A DNA stretch of 64,000 nt from Gemmatimonadaceae bacterium (GTDB taxonomy: Bacteria > Gemmatimonadota > Gemmatimonadetes > Gemmatimonadales > Gemmatimonadaceae), in NCBI GenBank assembly GCA_035701265.1, contig DASSNU010000015.1:8393-72392 (forward strand). The letters are read 5' to 3'. This document shows, piece after piece, positions 61,417-64,000 of the stretch. Under the pieces are notes generated by a model that worked only from the letters and a program-made list of their open reading frames with translations, was not told the origin of the DNA and ran no database searches. Position 1 is the stretch's first letter, and each line of letters begins with the position of its first letter. The position numbers and the translations under genes are program-made.

Positions 61417-63533
61417 CGGCGGCCGCGCGCGCAGCGGAGTGCGCGTGCCACGTGCGGGTCGGACGAGAGCGCCTCCACCGGTACGGCGAGTCGCCGCGTC
61501 CAGCTCGGGAAGCGGTCGGCGCTCACGCCGGGCACGTTCACTGGGCGTTCCTCCCCCACCAGGTCGTCGAGCGAGAGCGCCACGAGCGCGGACGGCGTGC
61601 GGCAGAGGAAGGCGTGCACCGCCGCGCACAGCTCGCTCTCGTCGGGCGTGACGCCGGGCGCGAGAAGGCCTTCCGTCTGCAGACGCTCGATGAGCCGCTT
61701 GCGATCCGCGGCGCGCTCCGCCTCCGCGCGGCGCAACGCGTCGTCGTCGGGGATGAGCTCGAGCGCGCGGCGGAGCGGCAGGTCGGTGCCGCGCCAGAAT
61801 GCACGAAGCGTGGGATGATCGTGCGTGGTGGCCGACGCGAGCGCGCGCGGCTCGTAGGATGCCGCGTCACGGTAGCCGCCATCCTCGGTGCGCTCGAAGG
61901 GGAGCACGCGCGAGGAGAGGATCTGCCAGCGCGCCAGCGTGCCGTGCACCTCCGGCGGTACGGTGCCCAAGTCTTCTCCCACGATGATCGCGCCGTGACG
62001 GACGCTCTCGAGCGCGAGGATGCCCAGCAGATCCTCGGTGGGAAAGCGGATGTACGCGCCCTCGCGCGCGGGCGCACCGTCGGGAATCCAGAACTGGCGG
62101 AACAGCCCGAGGATGTGGTCCACGCGCAGCGCGCCGGAGTGCGCGAGCGTGGCGCGCAGCAGCAGTCGCCAGTACCGGTATCCGCTCTCGCGCAATCGCG
62201 CGGGGTGCAGTGGGGGCAACCCCCAGTTCTGTCCTTCCGCGGCGTACGCGTCGGGAGGCGCGCCCAGCGTCGCGCCGCGCACGAAGATGTCGGGGAACGA
62301 CGCGACGTCGCTCCCTCCCGGCGCGCTCCCGATCGCCAGATCCTGGTAGATCCCGATGGCGAGCCCCGCGTCGCGTCCGCGCGCGGCGGCGACGGCAAGC
62401 TGCCGGTCGAGCTCGAACTGCAGCCAGCGATGGAAATCTTCATCGTCACGTGCGTCCTCGCCGGCGCGCCGCTCGGACGGCGCGGGATCGAGCGTCGCCA
62501 TGAAACGGGCGAACTCATCCAGCGGCGCCCCCTGCGCGCGGCAGTACGCCAGGTACGCACGCTCGCGCTCGCTGTCGCGCTGGTGGTGCAGCGCGCGGAA
62601 GGTGCGATGGAGCGCGCGCAGCACCGGCATCTTGAGCGCGAACACGAGGTCGTACAGCACCGCGTCGCTCGCGCGCGCGCGGTGCAACGTCTCCTGCACG
62701 TGCGCGGTGGCGAGCAGGGCGCGCGCCTCGTCGCACGCGGGCATCTCCGGAACCGCTTCCACGTCGATGTAGATCGGGTTGCGGTAGAGCCGGCTCACGG
62801 GCGAATACGGCGAGATGTCCATCCCGCTGTTGCGCGTGGCGTGCAGAGGATTCACCCCCACGAAGTCGCCGCCGCGCGCGCCGGTCCACGCGGCCAGCGC
62901 GCCGAGGGTGGTGCAGTCGCCCACTCCCCAGTCGCGCTCGCGGCGCACCGAGAACAGACTGGCGGTCACGCCGAACGCGGTGCGCGCGCCGAGCACCTCG
63001 GCGGGGGACACGCATCGCTCGGGAACGACGATGAGCGCCTGCTCCGCGCGCTGCTCCGCACCGTCCAGCCGCGCGACGATCTCCAGCCGGTGATAGCCGA
63101 GCGGTGGGACCGCCGGCAGCGGTGCACGGACCACGCTGCCGTCCACGCGCGCGCGACCCTCGCGATGCAGTACGTCGCCCTGCTCCGTGTGCAACGCGAG
63201 CGACCATGTCACATCGCTTCCGACCGCCTCGGGCGGCACGCGGAGCTCCAGGCGCGAGCGGGCGTGCACCGCCGCGGTGGCCACGCGCACCGGCTCGAGG
63301 AGCCGTGCCGCGGCTGCCGCGTCGAGCGCGGCGACCGTGCGTGCGGCCGCATCTTCGTCGCTCGCATCGAGACCGAGCACCGCCAGCAGCGCGACGGCCG
63401 ACGATGCGCACAGCTCGCGCGTGCGCCCTTCGGTGTCCATGTACGACGGGAGGATTCCCGCGCGGTCGCACAGCGCGCGCAGCGCGGGGCTGGCGAGCGC
63501 CGGCACGTCGCGGGGGGCGGATGCGGTGGACAC
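61413..63533 (-). CDS. malQ: 4-alpha-glucanotransferase (amylomaltase, GH77) with an N-terminal extension domain
   Basis: 706 aa. Motifs: GVGDCTTLGALAAW, GGDFVGVNPLHA, YSPVSRLYRNPIYID, QNWGLPP, LRVDHILGLFRQFWIP and IVGEDLGTVP. Confidence 0.88.
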   Translation of the reverse strand: MSTASAPRDVPALASPALRALCDRAGILPSYMDTEGRTRELCASSAVALLAVLGLDASDEDAAARTVAALDAAAAARLLEPVRVATAAVHARSRLELRVPPEAVGSDVTWSLALHTEQGDVLHREGRARVDGSVVRAPLPAVPPLGYHRLEIVARLDGAEQRAEQALIVVPERCVSPAEVLGARTAFGVTASLFSVRRERDWGVGDCTTLGALAAWTGARGGDFVGVNPLHATRNSGMDISPYSPVSRLYRNPIYIDVEAVPEMPACDEARALLATAHVQETLHRARASDAVLYDLVFALKMPVLRALHRTFRALHHQRDSERERAYLAYCRAQGAPLDEFARFMATLDPAPSERRAGEDARDDEDFHRWLQFELDRQLAVAAARGRDAGLAIGIYQDLAIGSAPGGSDVASFPDIFVRGATLGAPPDAYAAEGQNWGLPPLHPARLRESGYRYWRLLLRATLAHSGALRVDHILGLFRQFWIPDGAPAREGAYIRFPTEDLLGILALESVRHGAIIVGEDLGTVPPEVHGTLARWQILSSRVLPFERTEDGGYRDAASYEPRALASATTHDHPTLRAFWRGTDLPLRRALELIPDDDALRRAEAERAADRKRLIERLQTEGLLAPGVTPDESELCAAVHAFLCRTPSALVALSLDDLVGEERPVNVPGVSADRFPSWTRRLAVPVEALSSDPHVARALRCARGRR

Positions 63534-63565
63534 GGCGCGCCTGGTGCGAGGGAGCGGAGGCGGCG

Positions 63566-64000
63566 TCAGCCGCGCGCGCTCTCCTCCGGAGCCAGGATGA
63601 GCGCGCCCAGTGGCGGAAGAACGAGCCGCATCGACTGCGGGAATCCGTGGAAGGGCGACGGCTCGGCCGCCACCGTCGGCAGGGTGGGCAGCTCGCTGCC
63701 GCCGAAGCGCGGGTCATCCGATGAGAAGCGCTCGCGGTACGTGGCGAGCGCGGGCGCGCCGATGCGGTACTCCTCGCGCGGCACGGGAGTCATGTTCAGC
63801 ACCACCACCACGTGCTGGTCGCCGTCACGCCGCACGTACGAGAGCACCGAGTTGTCGCGATCGGCCACGTCGATCCACGAGAAGCCCTGCGGCTCGTGGT
63901 CGTGGCGCCAGAGCGCGGGCGTCTCGCGGTAGAGCGCGCCCAGGGCGCGGACGTACTCGCCGAACTCCGCGTGGCGCGCGTCGGTGGCCAGGTGCCAGTC
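63566..64000 (-). CDS. glgB: 1,4-alpha-glucan branching enzyme, C-terminal part (the gene continues beyond the right edge)
   Basis: ...SVLSYVRRDGDQHVVVVLNMTPVPREEYRIGAPALATYRERFSSDDPRFGGSE...MRLVLPPLGALILAPE is the typical GlgB C-terminal beta-sandwich sequence. Confidence 0.82.
   Translation of the reverse strand, partial: DWHLATDARHAEFGEYVRALGALYRETPALWRHDHEPQGFSWIDVADRDNSVLSYVRRDGDQHVVVVLNMTPVPREEYRIGAPALATYRERFSSDDPRFGGSELPTLPTVAAEPSPFHGFPQSMRLVLPPLGALILAPEESARG

Noticed and set aside
1-64000. rRNA, tRNA, tmRNA or a known riboswitch.
   Set aside because: I could recognise none by eye. This is a weak negative, and an Infernal/tRNAscan run would be needed to exclude them.

Overview
High-GC bacterial chromosomal window, with many lines above 70% GC by eye. 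I cannot assign a taxon from sequence alone. All family calls rest on motifs I recognise in the translations; no database search was run. No rRNA, tRNA or CRISPR array was recognised.

Most of the window encodes cell-surface polysaccharide synthesis, in two arms.

Left arm (1-17976, minus strand):
- A bacillosamine-like start: PglE-like aminotransferase, PglD/NeuD-like acetyltransferase, and a GT4 fused in frame to a PglC-like phosphoglycosyl transferase.
- A lower-GC accessory block at about 3.8-13.6 kb: deacetylase, multi-TM protein, GNAT, GT4, TagF-like protein, sulfotransferase(s), GT2, MsbA-type ABC exporter.
- A WbpP-like epimerase and wecB.

Right arm (37017-54176, plus strand): one long, translationally coupled operon.
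- One GT4 and eight GT2 domains.
- Wzm/Wzt ABC-2 exporter.
- A GT-C (ArnT/PMT-like) enzyme.
- A 1281-aa GT2 + NodS-like methyltransferase + NodB-like deacetylase fusion.

Accessory zone between the arms:
- An AbiEi/AbiEii-like pair inserted between wecB and the epimerase.
- Two convergent HigB/HigA-like modules. The second sits in a cassette flanked by a 37-bp perfect direct repeat.
- The most unusual locus (20030-24234): a 55-codon ORF translationally coupled to an HPr-kinase-like P-loop protein, followed by an NTP_transf_5-type nucleotidyltransferase. Two paralogous TolB-like beta-propeller lipoproteins are interleaved with these genes. I regard it as a candidate uncharacterised peptide-modification system.
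- A 1.4-kb non-coding tract with four copies of an 18-bp palindrome and three families of 19-bp tandem repeats.
- An orphan 446-aa lipoprotein, a PglF/CapD-like dehydratase, a degenerate-MPN protein, two cation/proton antiporters, and an IS1595-like transposase relic.

Right edge (54118-64000, minus strand): a beta-lactamase-fold protein followed by alpha-glucan metabolism genes glgP, treY, malQ and part of glgB.

Many long ORFs in the six-frame track are antisense or off-frame shadows typical of high-GC DNA and were not called.
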